Shown: piece by piece, positions 33,545-51,877 of the stretch
How positions within the stretch are numbered: position 1 is the stretch's first letter
Layout of the letters: each line of letters starts with the position of its first letter
Source: Vermamoeba vermiformis
Lineage: Eukaryota
Assembly: GCA_045837725.1 (NCBI GenBank)
Contig: JBEWZL010000253.1
Location: forward strand, 62,001 to 126,000
Reading direction: 5' to 3'
Length of the DNA: 64,000 bases
The notes under the pieces: model-generated
Databases searched by the model: none
Seen by the model: the letters and a program-made list of their open reading frames with translations, nothing else
What the model was told of the DNA's origin: nothing
Translations under genes and position numbers: made by a program

Positions 33545-35908
33545 ATGTTGTCGCGTGCACAGAAGCTATTTACGTTGTGTAGGAGGATCCAATCCCCTCG
33601 ACATCTGACAAACAGCCTCTGTCAGTCAGTTTACACGAAATGTTACACTACAAAAAAGGCTATAATTCTTGGCATTGAAACTAGTTGCGACGATACCGGT
33701 AGGTTTTAGATCTCAGCTGATCCAATAACAATTTGTCATTAAAAAAATTGCAATTAATTATTAGACAATTTTAACATCATAAATATTACTCGTACATACC
33801 AAATTCGATAAAAATTAAGGTTTTTTAAATATTTTAATATTGTTTGAATTTGAACTCACGACTTACTATTTAAACTCAGCCGCGGCTATTGTAACTTCGC
33901 ATAAAGAAACATTATCGCACGTCATTGAACATCAAGAGCACCTTCATGCACAGTACAGAGTAAGGCCTTTAATTCTTGGACGATAAAATTTTAACCTTTA
34001 CAAAAGGGCGTGTATCCTAAGATAGCACAAGAAGCACACGAGAAAAATATTGATAATGTAATTGAAAAGACTATGAAGCAAGCGAACGTAAAATATGGTG
34101 CGTTTAAATATCAGCAATAATGCGCATTATTTTTCAATTATATTTTGACACGCTATTTTTTCATAGAGGATCTGACAGCCGTAGCGTTTACTTACGGACC
34201 AGGACTGCCATTTAGTCTTGCAGTCGGCACTAAGAAAGCAAAGCAATTGTTTAGCGATTACAAACTACCCTTGATTCCTGTCAATCATATGGCCGGACAC
34301 GCACTCATCGCTAGACTTACTGAACGTATGTACAGCACTACACACGTCAAATTTGATTTTAATGATGGTACCAATATCTTTGTCAATACTAATGTATTGT
34401 ATATACTAGAGAGGCCGGTTAATTTTCCGTTTTTAACGTTACTCATAAGTGGTGGACACACGCAGTTAGTGGGTACGAAGCTTGATCTTATTTTGATACA
34501 TATATCGATCAATTACTCATAATCGTGATTAGTGTGCCGTTCTTCAGACGATTTTTCCTTATTAGGAACTTCAATGGACGATGCAATCGGCGAGGCATAT
34601 GACAAAGTGTACACTAGAATGTTGTTCCCAGAATCAAAAAGTACGTGCCTTTATTCCTTATTTATATTCTCCGCAAATGCTTTTATAAGTGTTATAATCC
34701 ATAATTGTTATTTTAGTGGCAAGTGCGGGAAGAGAATTAGAAGAATTGGCAGCTAAAGGAGACACCGAGCGATTCATATTTAAAGTGCCGTTAGAGAAGA
34801 CTAAGAACTGTAATTTCAGCTTTTCAGGCCTGAAAACGGCTGTTCAAACTGTAGCAGCGAGCTTGCCTGAGCTTACAATGCAAGATAAGGCTGATTTGGC
34901 TGCTTGTTTCCAGTACGCAATAATAATCGGGACTGTTCCGTTTAGTCACGTGATTAACATCATATTCTATTTTAGGCAAGTGGCTATTAAGCACTTAATT
35001 CAAAAGACAATGACAGCCATTCATTGGTGCAGAAAAAATGAACCGAATGTCAAAGATTTTGTAAGTGGATCTACGGATCTAGTAATATAAGAGAGCTTAT
35101 TCAGCATTAATATAATGAAATCACGGTATGCTTGTTAAATAGGTAATTAATGGCCGTTAATTTTCTTAGGTCGTGTCAGGTGGATCTGCATCGAACAAAG
35201 CGATCAGAGGAGCGCTAACAAAATTAGCCGAGCAATATCGACTTAATATATCATTCCCACCGCCAAAATTGTGCACAGATAATGGTGTCATGATCGCTTG
35301 GGCCGGCATGGAAAAATACTTGTAAGTTGGTGGATCTGCCCTTCTCTTCATATTTACATTTTCGTATGCATAATAACATAATTATAGGGCTAATATGCCG
35401 ATGCTTACGGACCCTAAAGAAGTCGAAGAATTCAAATACGTGCCAAAGTTACAATTGGACACTTCAGCCCGAATTTATTTCGCGCCTAATCCGAAGAAAA
35501 TACGATTGAATGGTATTTATATAATAACACAATATATATATTACCACTATATATTAATGATTGTTTGTTGTAGCTAATTTGGCGAATGAAGTGCTCAGTT
35601 CGTCACTCGAAAAAATCAATAGTGGAGAAGGCAACGAAAAGTGGCATTATAAAGCAGCGCAATCAGCATTTGCACTCGGAAAATACGAGGATTCTGAGCG
35701 ATTATTAAATGAAGGTCTCAAGGTAACGAAGATTGATGTGTATTAGCGCGATCTCGGATCCAATCCAGCTCATCAATCTAAAATACTTTTATTATTGTGT
35801 ATATGCTAATGTATTTATTTTCAATAGAAATATCCGAAGAGCAGCAAGCTACAAAGCGTTCAAACTAAATTGAGGTTACTAAAAGAACATAATTCCAAAC
35901 CGAAATAA
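33545..35908 (+). CDS. OSGEPL1: Mitochondrial t6A threonylcarbamoyltransferase (Qri7/OSGEPL1, Kae1/TsaD family) with TPR-like C-terminal extension
   Basis: Arg-rich transit-like N-terminus, [51 protein letters not shown] and [13 protein letters not shown]. Confidence 0.9.
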
Positions 35909-36110
35909 AACAAACAGCGATCGAGGAAAGAGTATAAAGAGCATAAATAATATTGCACTAAAATCTTACTGAATTAAGGATTTATTGATTTTGGGTTGGG
36001 ACCTGACAGGTGGCAACAAAAATTACGGAACTTGCCAAATTGTCAATCTGCGCGCCTTAACGCAAGAGCCATAATAATGAATACGGTGCCTATAGATTAA
36101 TCCGATAATC

Positions 36111-37860
36111 ATGCAGCCAAATAGAAGACGAGCGGACTTGTCATTCAGGATCGACACTTTTGTTGAGAAAAAGAACTGTTTGCGCTGCTACCGCATGCAC
36201 AAAAAATGTAAATAATTTATCACGTAATTATGGCATTTACTGCTCGCTTTTTGACGTACTTTTTCGGATTTGAATTAATAATTAATTAATTTCAGGTGAC
36301 GGAGGCACACCTAATTGCTCACGCTGCGCTAAGGCAAAAACAGCTTGTATTTATACATATAGTATGTTTTATTCTCCCGATTGACCAACTCCGACCTTGC
36401 GATCTGCCAGATCCGTTTTCTAATTGGGTTTTATAAATTAGATGCAGCCGAAAGCAAATCAAATACTCTAGATACATCTCAAGTAGATTTAAAAAATAAT
36501 GTAGCGAATCTACAGAGCAGTTTAGAGCAACAAAAACAAGCGTATCGACTTCTCTCAGAACAACTCGAGCAGATCAAAGCACAGAACTTGACGCTGCAAA
36601 ATATGAACCTATATTTATCCCAAGCACTATCAGTACGAATATTTAATCATTTAGACTTTTTGACAGTTTTTTACCGATATTTTGACAGGCTAAGGCAATC
36701 AAAGAAAATCACCTCGCCTCCGCTTCAGAGAAACATGATTTATTGGGCATCTATCGCAACAACGGCTATTATTATGTTCGTGTAACACCTCTATTCACCG
36801 ATGTCTATCAATATATGCAAGAAAAGTCCCTTGGAAGTAAGCGCACCAAAATTTGATTATCGTGTTGACCTTTCCTTTTTAGGAAATCCATTGAAAACAG
36901 TCACAATGGAGTTGGTATTCAGCACAACGTATTTGCTATTAGGCAAAAGAAACGAAGGATTTCACTACATGAACGCCGCTTTGTAAGTCCAAACAATCAT
37001 TCATTGAATTTCCTAATAATGCAATCAACAGAGCCGTTATGATGGCAAACAATCTCAATTCGCCAATGGGATTGATGTGCATGCACATGATGGCCGAGAA
37101 TTTTTTTATCGCCGGAAAAAAATCTGAGTGTGCGAGTTTGCTGCAAAAAATTCGAGCAATGTTTATTGATATGGACAACGGCTTGATGGATCCAAATAGG
37201 GCCCGACTAGTCAATGATCAATTGACAACGCTGTCGCAAGTGATGGACGTCACTTTTGCCAAATCAGTCAGTATTATGTGGACGCAATGGACAACCCCAA
37301 CGGTTACAACCAATCAACGAGTCGATCAGTATTTGAAGCAAATGGAAGTGTCTAAGATACTCGATGATCCAATGTATCGAAGTATTAATAGTCCTTGTTG
37401 TTTGCCAACTTTTTACATTCTACGAGTAAGTCTCATAGGTCAATATTGACGTTTAAAAAACTAATCCTAATACGATCTAAAGGCCTTTTCGGAGATAATC
37501 GTAGCTATCGAGCATCAAATCGATTGTCCAGATGACATTCCAGTCGTTACAGAGCACGACATTACGACACATTTCTATCAATTAGTCGAATACTCGCGCA
37601 TGACGAGTGACCCAAAGATGGGACAAAACTTCACTCGAGGCATCTTAGCCATCAAAGTATTGGTCGCAGTCATAACGTCGAACTATTTAATGTTCGATCT
37701 GGTACGAAAAAAAATAATGTGACACTTTTGACACGCACTCACATAATTATATTATTTTCACAGTTGATGACAGAAGTGATGAGTGCTGGCTATTTAGACG
37801 AAGAGAACCCGAGTCCTCATAACTCAATGCCGTTGTTCATATTGTTGCATATTATTGTAA
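36111..37860 (+). CDS. Zn(II)2Cys6 binuclear-cluster transcription factor
   Basis: Splicing gives CLRCYRMHKKCDGGTPNCSRCAKAKTAC followed by a coiled coil (VANLQSSLEQQKQ..LEQIKAQN). The 3' end is uncertain because it runs into poor-looking sequence. Confidence 0.8.
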
Positions 37861-38182
37861 GTCTCCTATGCCACACAAGAAAAAAATCGCAAGAAACAAA
37901 AACAAAGAGAAGCAGCAACCCAAAGAGCCCGAAAAGCAACTGCCAACGCACCCGAAAAATAGAGCCGGGAAGGGGGTTGAGTAACGTAGGAGAAGTGGTC
38001 CCCCGATAAAAGAAAATGATAGGGGTAAAAAAGAATCCAGCAGTCAAAGGCCTAGGAGAAAGCGTGGCCCTCTACCTCTCCACTAAAATGAGTATGACAC
38101 TATATGCATAATAAACAAAAAGATACGGAAACAGATCTTTTAATCCGCCGGACTTCATGTGGCCTAAAGAATGGAAAAGAAA

Positions 38183-43048
<4,866 letters not shown>

Positions 43049-43415
43049 CCAGCCGGATTCATAAAGTCAGTGTAAGAACGGTTATTGTCGTCTTTCAAAT
43101 ATGAATTTGATTAATAAAAAAAATATCTTGTTTGCGCCAATTTATTTTTTGGCGTTGGCTAGTTTCCGTTCTGCAACATTTCGCTGTCACACACGTGATC
43201 CTTCTTTCGACATTTCCGAAACTCAAAAATACGGGAGCGATGACGCATTCACACCGAAAATGGAGAAGCGATTAAGAACAGATAATAGCAAAGGTCTCAA
43301 AATAGAACATTTTGTTGCGAAGAACATTCTCGATTCCCAGATTTTAGGGAATACGAAAAAAGTTTAGTTAGATAGAAGATAAGAGATATATAACATACGT
43401 TACATTTGTGCGACT

Positions 43416-45834
43416 TCAAACAGCACGGAAAGTAATAGAGACGATGCGCCACCAAGTACTGGTCGGTGCGAACGTGAGAGTGTGAGCACCCGCGGTGATA
43501 GTGCCTGGCCATCTGATGGTATACGTGTTGAAGCTCCAGTCTGTAATATGTTAGTACTAAACCAAGGCTGTGCCATTACTTGCCATTCAGGGCAGCAGGA
43601 GGGACTGAAAAAGTCGTAGGAGTACCACTGTCGAGTTGCAATGTGAATGTTCGTGGCGCGGGCACTGGTGTGCCATTAGCCGGGTATGAATATCTATAGA
43701 ACGTTAATGAAATGCATCTTTGTCCTGTTATTCGTACCTGAACACGAGATCAAATGTTCCACCAGAGTTAAAATTAACATCGTATCTGAGCCAATCACCA
43801 ATGTCCAACCAACCAACAGAGCATCCGACTTCACCAGCCACGTACTCCATGTCCACGCTCGTAGTGCCGCAGTTACCATAGTTGACAGGCGACATATCGT
43901 TGTAAGCACTGAAGTCTTGCATCTGCGATCGAAGTTAGAATTTGACACGTGTCGGTTCGGCTATGCTAGCACTTACTCTAAGTACACCAGGCAGTGCAGT
44001 TACTGGACCCTGGGAAGGAGGCGTTGAGACAGGCGCAGCAACAGGAGGAGTGACAGGTGGCGTTACAGGGAGAGCGACAGGAGGGTTGACGGGAGGGGCA
44101 ACAGGTGGAGTAACTGGAGGGTTAACAGGTGGTGCTACAGGAGGCGTCACTGGCGGGTTGACAGGCGGTGCCACAGGAGGAGTGACAGGTGGAGTGACAG
44201 GGGCAGCAACAGGGGTCGTGGGATTGGTGTAACCAGGCAACACACAGTTTGAGAGGACTCGTATTGGGCACGCACCTGCACTGCAGTTAAGGGCTCGCTC
44301 TGAAAAAACGCTTCATCATAATTACACGTACCACAATCACGTGCACAGCTGTCGCAAGTCTCAGCACCGTTACAAGTACCGTCGCCGCAAGTAGGGCAAA
44401 CACCACAGTCTTGCGGACAAGCGGAGCACGTCTCAATGCCGTCACATTTGCCGTTACCACATACAGCTGGAAAAAAGTTATATTAACTTAAATATAACAG
44501 GTAATAGCTGCGTACTCGTATGGAGCGTGAAGTCGTCAGTGCAACATTCACCACTGCACGTGTTCCAAGTCTGTGACGCGCATAATTCTGTTTATCTATT
44601 AGATACATAATGTGGGCATCTCGATCGTACCGTTAGGATCACAGCGTTCATTACCGCAAACAGCAAAGTTGCAATCTTCAGGGCACGTCAATGGTCCCAG
44701 ATCCGTCGTGTATTCTCCGACCTAAAATAGTCAGTACTGATCGAACTTAGTAATTACAATAGACGTACTCTAGGCGCCCATGATTCGCCAAACTCACATC
44801 TTCCATTGCCACATACAGCTGTTGGACAAGTGCCGCAATCTTGAGGACAAGTAGCACAAGTTTCAGGTCTGCCCAAAAAGTCGTTGCCACCGCAGACCCT
44901 ATCACCGCAAATAGGATCGCCTGCTTCGAAGAAATTCACGAAAGGAACTTGCACACCCCAATAGTTCAGAAGACCTAAATGATCGAGATCAGATCTGAAA
45001 TCCACCGGGGCACAAAAAATGCTTCTACGTACCAGCGTAATACCAATCAGCAAAGTGAATCTCCCAGAAATATGTTTGGTCGGGGAAAGTAAAGTAATAG
45101 TCGCGATAGACCCAACCTGCCCCTGTTGCAGTTGTTGGACCTGAAAAATAAAACTTTGTTAGCAAACTAGTACAAGAAATCCTTTAAATTTTTCAAAAGT
45201 CTAAGGGACGCGGTAATTTAAATTTGCAAGCTCTATTTGGAATATTTCGTAACAAAACTACGTACCAGTGTACGAAGGAGTGACTTCTCTCTTTTCGGTC
45301 GGATTTCTTCCGATGTAGAAGTGCGTCTCGTCGCTCACTCCCGCGAGGTAAAACACGCGTGTCTGCAAGCAATTGAATCCAGCGACTGATTTGTACACCA
45401 GCCAGAACTGATTGGCTCCGGGGTTGCGGTTTTTGTTGTCTGTTTTGTACACGTTAGATCCACAATATATCGAATTAAATCATTGTAAAGACGATACAAT
45501 ACGCTACTTAATGATTAACTAAGAGACAGTAATGTCTAGTAGCAATGTTTTTCATAATTTATACAAAAAAGGAATAGGTAAGCATACGTACCTCGCATAT
45601 CCCGTTTAAATCTCGCGGTGTCGTAGAGGAAGTACTGCGCATTACGATAGTCGATTGAACTGTCGATTGATTTGGCGTAGATATAGTTGTGGTTCTTAGC
45701 CTCGTCGTATACACGAGCCAAGACCAACGAGAAGCAGATCTGTGTAACGGATCAGCGCGAGCCATAAAATTACCCTATTTTAGTGCAATACTTACTAGTG
45801 GTAGTAATATGAGTAGGGCTGCTTTAAGTCGCAT
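43416..45834 (-). CDS. Secreted modular protein: N-terminal domain, Cys-rich CGNGxC repeats, Pro-rich linker, C-terminal CBM6-like carbohydrate-binding module
   Basis: Signal MRLKAALLILLPL|ICFSLVLA; repeats ETCATCPQDCGTCPTAVCGNGRC; (PPV)n linker; VGWLDIGDWLRYDVNF..GTFDLVFR..AGAHTLTF resembling CBM6. Confidence 0.7.
44020..44225 (-). repeat. Coding tandem repeat of 4-aa units (T/A/N)PPV forming a Pro-rich linker
   Basis: Translated TPPVAPPVNPPV repeated, with degenerate 12-bp periodicity. Confidence 0.85.
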
Positions 45835-46283
45835 TTGATGAGCTCTGTCGATGACTTAAATTGATAAAGAATGCCGAAAGACTTCTTTTTATGCTTTCAG
45901 GGCAAAAACTTATCGAAAAGTAACGTTTATATTGATAGAAATCTATGGATGCTGCTATGAAGCGACTTCTTCGTTTGGAAACCTGTCGCGAAACGAAAAT
46001 AACAGATCGGTTCCAATTTGAAACTTCCGCGTGTAACACGTAATTTAAACCCTTATAACTAATAAGTTCATTGATATTGACATAAATACTGTCATAGATC
46101 AAAACAATTTAACGAAGTTTTGCGTAAATAGGCAGAAAGTACCACGTAAAGTAAAAGATCCGGATGCAAAAGAATTTCAATTAAACGAGTCAAATACCGG
46201 TTGAGGTCGATGCTATCATTATTTATAGTGCAAGATATGTCGGTATATATTACATACTGCCAAAAAGAAGCCGATTGGCTCGA

Positions 46284-46688
46284 TTAAGAACGTTCTCCTC
46301 GGATTCGTCTGGCCAGCATTACGTCTGCAAAAAAAGTGAGTTAACTGGCCAATCCACAACTAACCAATAACGTACCTTTAGGATACAAAGATGTACGCTT
46401 CGAGTGGATCGCACAAAGGTTAGCGTCTTCGAGCAAACCAACCAGGTACGCCTCGGTTGCTTCTTGAATGGCTTCAACAGCTGTTTTTCTGAACTTTAAG
46501 CCTGTTTTATAGTCTTGAGAGATTTCTCGCACCAAACGCTCAAAAGGAAGACGTCTGATCAGCAACTCAGTTGATTTTTGATATTTACGGATCTCTCGTA
46601 ATGCGACAGTGCCTATAAATATTAAAATATTATTCATTGCGCAAATGGCACGTTAAAAAGGGTTATGTAAAGTAACTAAAGGGGGGGT

Positions 46689-46736
<48 letters not shown>

Positions 46737-46842
46737 CCAGCCCAGTAAGAGCAGGCATAGTCTGGACTGGTTCAGTCGAGAGCATCTTGCGTGGTGCAAG
46801 TCCTCCAGTTGATTTACGCGCTGTTTGTTTTGTGCGAGCCAT
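46284..46842 (-). CDS. Divergent histone H3 variant
   Basis: [14 protein letters not shown] start; [61 protein letters not shown] stop. A poly-T tract interrupts the end of exon 1. Confidence 0.88.
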
Positions 46843-47139
46843 TAGAGTATCTTTCAATCAAATAAACAATACAGCTGTGAATCCGATACTAAGAGAGCTC
46901 AAGCCTGGCAAGATCCTGTCGGTGGTTGTGATGATCGAACGTACTTGTTACTAAAATGCTCCTCGGCGTGCTTTGGCGTCCTTCAATTTTATTTTGCGAA
47001 GAATTTTCTCGCAGGAAGTTGACAAATTTCTGTAGGCCTAATTTTCCGTATTTGAAACACGTCGCGAAGAGTTAACCATATAAGACCATCCAGTGGTCTT
47101 GTATTTGTATTATAGTAACCTTATTTATTTTTTGCAAGC

Positions 47140-49054
47140 ATGAATCCGCGACCTACAGCTAAAGAATTAAATATAGCCAAGAGAAAGCTTCAAGGCTTTC
47201 TCTCGAATGAATTAGCGCAACGAACCTCGAAAACCATCGTGAAAACATACGAGCTTAAGGATCAATTGCAATCTCCACGTATTCCTAACGAGATCTTGAA
47301 GGTCATTTTGGAGTACGTAGATGCGATCACCTTAGCTCGCGTCTCCTGCGCTTGCAAACTATTTTTTAATATTGTGTTGAATGGTAAATACTGGTAAGTA
47401 GCTTTGGAAACGCTAAAGGATTTGTTATATGTATTTTTAAATTTTTCGGCTTTTGGAAATCTGCTCATCTCCTTCAAAAATTAATTTCAACGCTCCAAAA
47501 TATGACAAATAATTAATTTCATGATATTCAGGCACGTTTTAGTTGATGGAATGATGGACAAGCTGAATATTTTTCCTGCCTGGCGAGCTCTATTCAATGT
47601 AAATGATACGGTAAGTCTTGACCAATCCCCAGGCATTAAATAATTTTATTAAATTTATATGCACGTATAATTATGCTAAACAACGTTTTCTCTCCCTTAC
47701 AACTTGAGATCAACTTTTAACCTTATTACAATCTTTTAGAAAAAAGCTATTTACGCCACACTTCATGCCAATAGCAAGTTTTTGAAAGAGTCTTGTTATA
47801 TTCTAAATTGGTTCGCGTCAAACCAAACTGCAACACTCGATCAAGAGATCAATGCTAAATCTGCTTTAGAGAAGCTATTCAGAACCAAATACAGTACTAA
47901 CCCGTGGAAAGTATCAACTATAGGACGAGAGAAGTTTGAAAATGGTAAGTAATCCAAACCCAAATTTAAAAATTGAATTGAGCGCCAAACATGTTTGATC
48001 AGATCTGGCCGTTTTTTCTTAGTGAATATCTTTGCTATCAGGTTTAATTAGTGTCATAATATATCTTTGTGTGCTCTTACCAATTTATAGTAACGCAGAG
48101 GCTTCAGATCTGTTTGGAAAATCTTTTTAAATTGCTTTCCTTGTTTAGCAAACTCATTTATTAAAAAAAATGAGCAATTAATACTCCTGTGATGTCGGTA
48201 TATTGATGCTAATGTTACATGATGCAGATCTGACAGAATTGAAGAAATGCCCACCGCCCTCAGTGCACCTCCAATACGACTCTAACGAAGCACGCCCAAC
48301 ACTGTACATCCGCATTGAAACCAGCAGCGAGAATCACATCTATCCACGCCAAACTGTGCGCTTTTACATCCCTGTCTCGGACTCGTACCCACGTGAACGC
48401 CCCTTTGTTTACTGCGAGCCACCAATCTACCACCCGTTCATTAACCAAGCTACTGGCGTCGTGTCGCTAGAAGACATCGAGAAGCACTTCCAGTTCGTGC
48501 AGAATCAAGTCATCAACAACGACAGCTTCGTTATTCGGAGCTTGAACAGCCCGTTGAACATGTCAGGATCCACGACCCCAGTGAGCTCACCTTCGAAGCT
48601 GAGCAATAGTACGAGTAGCATAATGAACACTAATAATAACAATACGCTGTCTGTCGAGAAGATTGAGCGATTGACGGCCTCGTTGGAAATAGCCGCAAAA
48701 GCTACCAATGACGAAATCTGCGACGAAAATATCACCAACAGAAACAATTTTGACCAAGAACTGAAGATTCTACCGACCATTATTGAACACCCGCCCATTA
48801 CCATCACCACCACGAACACCAATCAAACCAACCAAAATGCCCCTAACACGCCCAGTACCCCGGTGTCCTCATCCCCGCAGACCCCTAGCACGCCATCCTC
48901 TTCGACGTCCTCCACCTCAAACTCATCAAACTTTTCATCACCGTTCTGCTCGCCGTATAGAAGTGAAGGTCAAAATGTTCTCAAATCCGTCGTGGATGCG
49001 CTGCAAAACCTCTTTGTGGATACATCCTATTTGACCAATTACATGAATTTCTAA
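47140..49054 (+). CDS. F-box protein fused to an inactive UBC-like (UEV) domain
   Basis: F-box IPNEILKVILEYVDAITLARVSCACKLF. A phase-1 splice joins to DLTELKK..F.IPVSDSYPRERPFVYCEPPIYHPFINQATGVVSL..LQNLF. Confidence 0.75.
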
Positions 49055-49286
49055 TGATACGAGTTGGAATTTGTGTATATTCTTGTTAATAAACCCTTTG
49101 CGAACTCACCTAAAGGTAGGACGCCGTTGACCACATCCGAACCGAAATTGAAAATTCAAATTTTCAGCTGTAACATTACCAATAATAGAATAAGCAATCG
49201 TGGGTACCTTACCTTATGACTAAGGAGAACTATGTAGCTAACCATTATTTCTTAGTGTTAATCATTAAGTAACAAACGGTCACATT

Positions 49287-51877
49287 ATGGTTCCGAAGTT
49301 ACATGCCGAATCACAAATGTCAGAGGTATTTGATTGATACCCGTTTGCTTTATGTGATTTATTTTCAAAGTCTTCGATGCATAAAATACACATTAGGCAT
49401 ATATTTCAAGTATTTATTCCGATCCATGCGCAGAAAGATGAACTGGCGATCTCGCAACAACTGTTGCAAGAAGGGGATCAATTTGGCTTTGTTTTAGTTA
49501 ATAAGCCAACAAATCAAACTTTCGAGTATCATTTGCAATTACTGGACGCGGGAAGAGTTGATCGAGAAGCCGTTGATCTACCCAATGCTTTTATTTGGCC
49601 AAAACGAACCCCTATATTTTTTAAAAATGAAGGCCAAAGCGAGTCAATTAGTGGAGTGGTAGCGAGAATCAAAATCCCAACTGGAAAGTTTGATTTTAGA
49701 AAAATTGAAAAGCTGTTGCTAAAGATCCAAGTGACCTGCTCATCAGGAGGAAAATATATTGGTCAAGCTCTCTCCGGTGTAATTAAATTATTGCCGAAAA
49801 AAAGGGGTGGTCTTTCAGATGCGGAAGGTAAGAGATTTTCTGAATTGCTTCAATATTGACGAAAATAATTTTTTCAGTCGTGGTTCCAGTGCAATGGCTA
49901 GGATCAACGTCTCAATATTCAATGGCACCTACTGTAGAGGATTCTAACAACGGACCCGAGTTTAGTCCCAACCTGTCACAAATGTCAGATCATACCTCCG
50001 AAGCGAACTTAAACGAGCAACGCATTACAGTGACGCCTATCTCGATGATGGGAATACAAGAGCACGCGTAAGCACAATATAATTTTGAAAGCTAGTCTAA
50101 TTATTTGACAGAATTACACTGTACAACGACGACGGATCAGATTCATCACCGGAGTTATTGAGTAACAGTTTTGGCGAATTATCGCCTGAAATATACCACA
50201 ATATGATTGAGCACGAGCACAACAACACGAATGAGCAGTACATGGTCCTTTACAACGGCAATGCAGAGGTGATTGGCAACTTCAGAGCACTCAACTTCTA
50301 CAAGGCATCAGACATCAATATCAAAGAGGACATAAGACTCATTACCGAGTGTAAGTCTGGATTTACTTTGCATTTGAAATGAATCGAGGTCTGACACGAT
50401 GTTTTTCCAGTTGCCGATGCACGTGATGTGCTGTTGAAGATTGACGGCGTTGACTACAAGTTCAAGAAAGGTGTGAATGAAGCAGTGAACAGAAGATTTG
50501 TCGGCTACATTGCACAACAAGTGGAGAGTGTTGTGCCTGATGCAGTTCAGCTCATTGATGGTGAGTTCTATTGACACGAATGACACATTGAAGTGCAGTA
50601 AACTAACAACAGTGTGCTCTTTAGGTATTCTTCATGTGGACTATGAGTCGTTGATTCCATATCTGAGCGAGTCAATTCGTGCCAACTTCAACGACATCAA
50701 GAACACACAAGCAAAGACAGAACGCATTGAGAAGGTTGTTGATCAACTCTATCAACAGTTCTTGAAGCAAGATCAATCAAATTCACCGCACTCAACTGAC
50801 AGCCGAGGCACCACTTCAAAGAGAGGTCGCAAGATTTTTTCACGGTTCAATTCTTTGCCACTATTTTGGCGTGTCATTATAGCAGTTTCATTGGTTGCCG
50901 TTGGTTTGGCAGCCACTACTGTGGTAATAATATTAGCACTTCCGAGCGATAATGTCAAACAATCCCCACCGGATCCAACACCCGACGAACCAGCAACAAC
51001 CCCATCAGATGCTTTATTTCCGAACACCTATCGCGAGCACTTGATATTATTGTACAAGGCTACCAACGGAAGCCACTGGATTCGCAATGACAATTGGCTG
51101 AGCGACAGATCGGTCTGCAAATGGTACGGCGTGCAATGTGTTTATCCGTCCATGTCACTCGACCTCTCAAACAACAACCTCCAAGGTACATTGCCAGAAG
51201 AGCTGTCTGACCTGCCCATAGGCGAGTTAGTGCTAGCGAACAACTTTCTCGAAGGAACTATCCCCGCGACATTCACCAGCTTCAAGTACCTCAAAGTGCT
51301 CAATGTGTCTCGAAACAATTTGCACGGCAGACTACACCTCGATGAATTTATGGAATTGACGTTCTTGCACATATTAGACGCAAGCTACAATCAATTGCAA
51401 GGCGTGTTACAAGTCCCACCGAGCTCCGTGATTAAGCACTTGGATCTGTCCTACAATAATTTTGCATTGAAATTACCATCATTTGCACCCTTCTTGCAAA
51501 TGACGCATCTCGATCTCAGCCACAACAAATTCACGGGCAAACTTCCTCCGCTATCAGAAAATTTGCAGTACATTTCTGTAGCAGGAAACGCTCTCGATGG
51601 CTCCACGACCAACTTAGACATGATTGGTGGATGGCTCATGAATCACACAGACCTCGTGATTGACGTGTCAGCGAATGCTTTTGAGGGAGATTTCATCCTC
51701 GATGAGTGGCAGTGGCTGAATGCCAAATATGTCAATTTTTCACACAATACTTTCACGGGCATTAGCATTCTGAATCCACAGCTGCCTGATAGCTTTGAAT
51801 GTGACGCACGAGTGAATTCGTTTAGATGTCCAATACCTAATTGGCTGGTCAATCGTTGCGGTGCCACCTGTCAATAA
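49287..51877 (+). CDS. MYRF-like S74/ICA-TM-LRR protein copy D (apparently intact)
   Basis: HKIHIRHIF...KLLPKKRG; ASDINIKEDI; GYIAQQVESVVPDAV; intron 50561-50624; coiled coil; TM VIIAVSLVAVGLAATTVVIILAL; LRRNT LYKATNGSHW..CKWYGVQC; LRRs; cap CDARVNSFRCPIPNW..C..C. Start may be 49287 (short first exon) or 49377. Confidence 0.88.

Noticed and set aside
37860-38180. A-rich/purine-rich segment between the Zn2Cys6 gene and the ABCC gene
   Set aside because: Both flanking gene ends lose coherence here, so this is more likely low-quality sequence than an element.
44020-44225. Short direct repeats considered as a CRISPR-like or satellite array
   Set aside because: Degenerate at third codon positions and without unique spacers; it is a coding Pro-rich linker.
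46640-46740. Poly-Lys 'insertion' in histone H3 from a run of about 45-50 T next to a G-run
   Set aside because: It sits where KKPHRYRP and a splice donor should be and looks like a homopolymer or low-quality consensus artefact. It cannot be treated as coding without reads.
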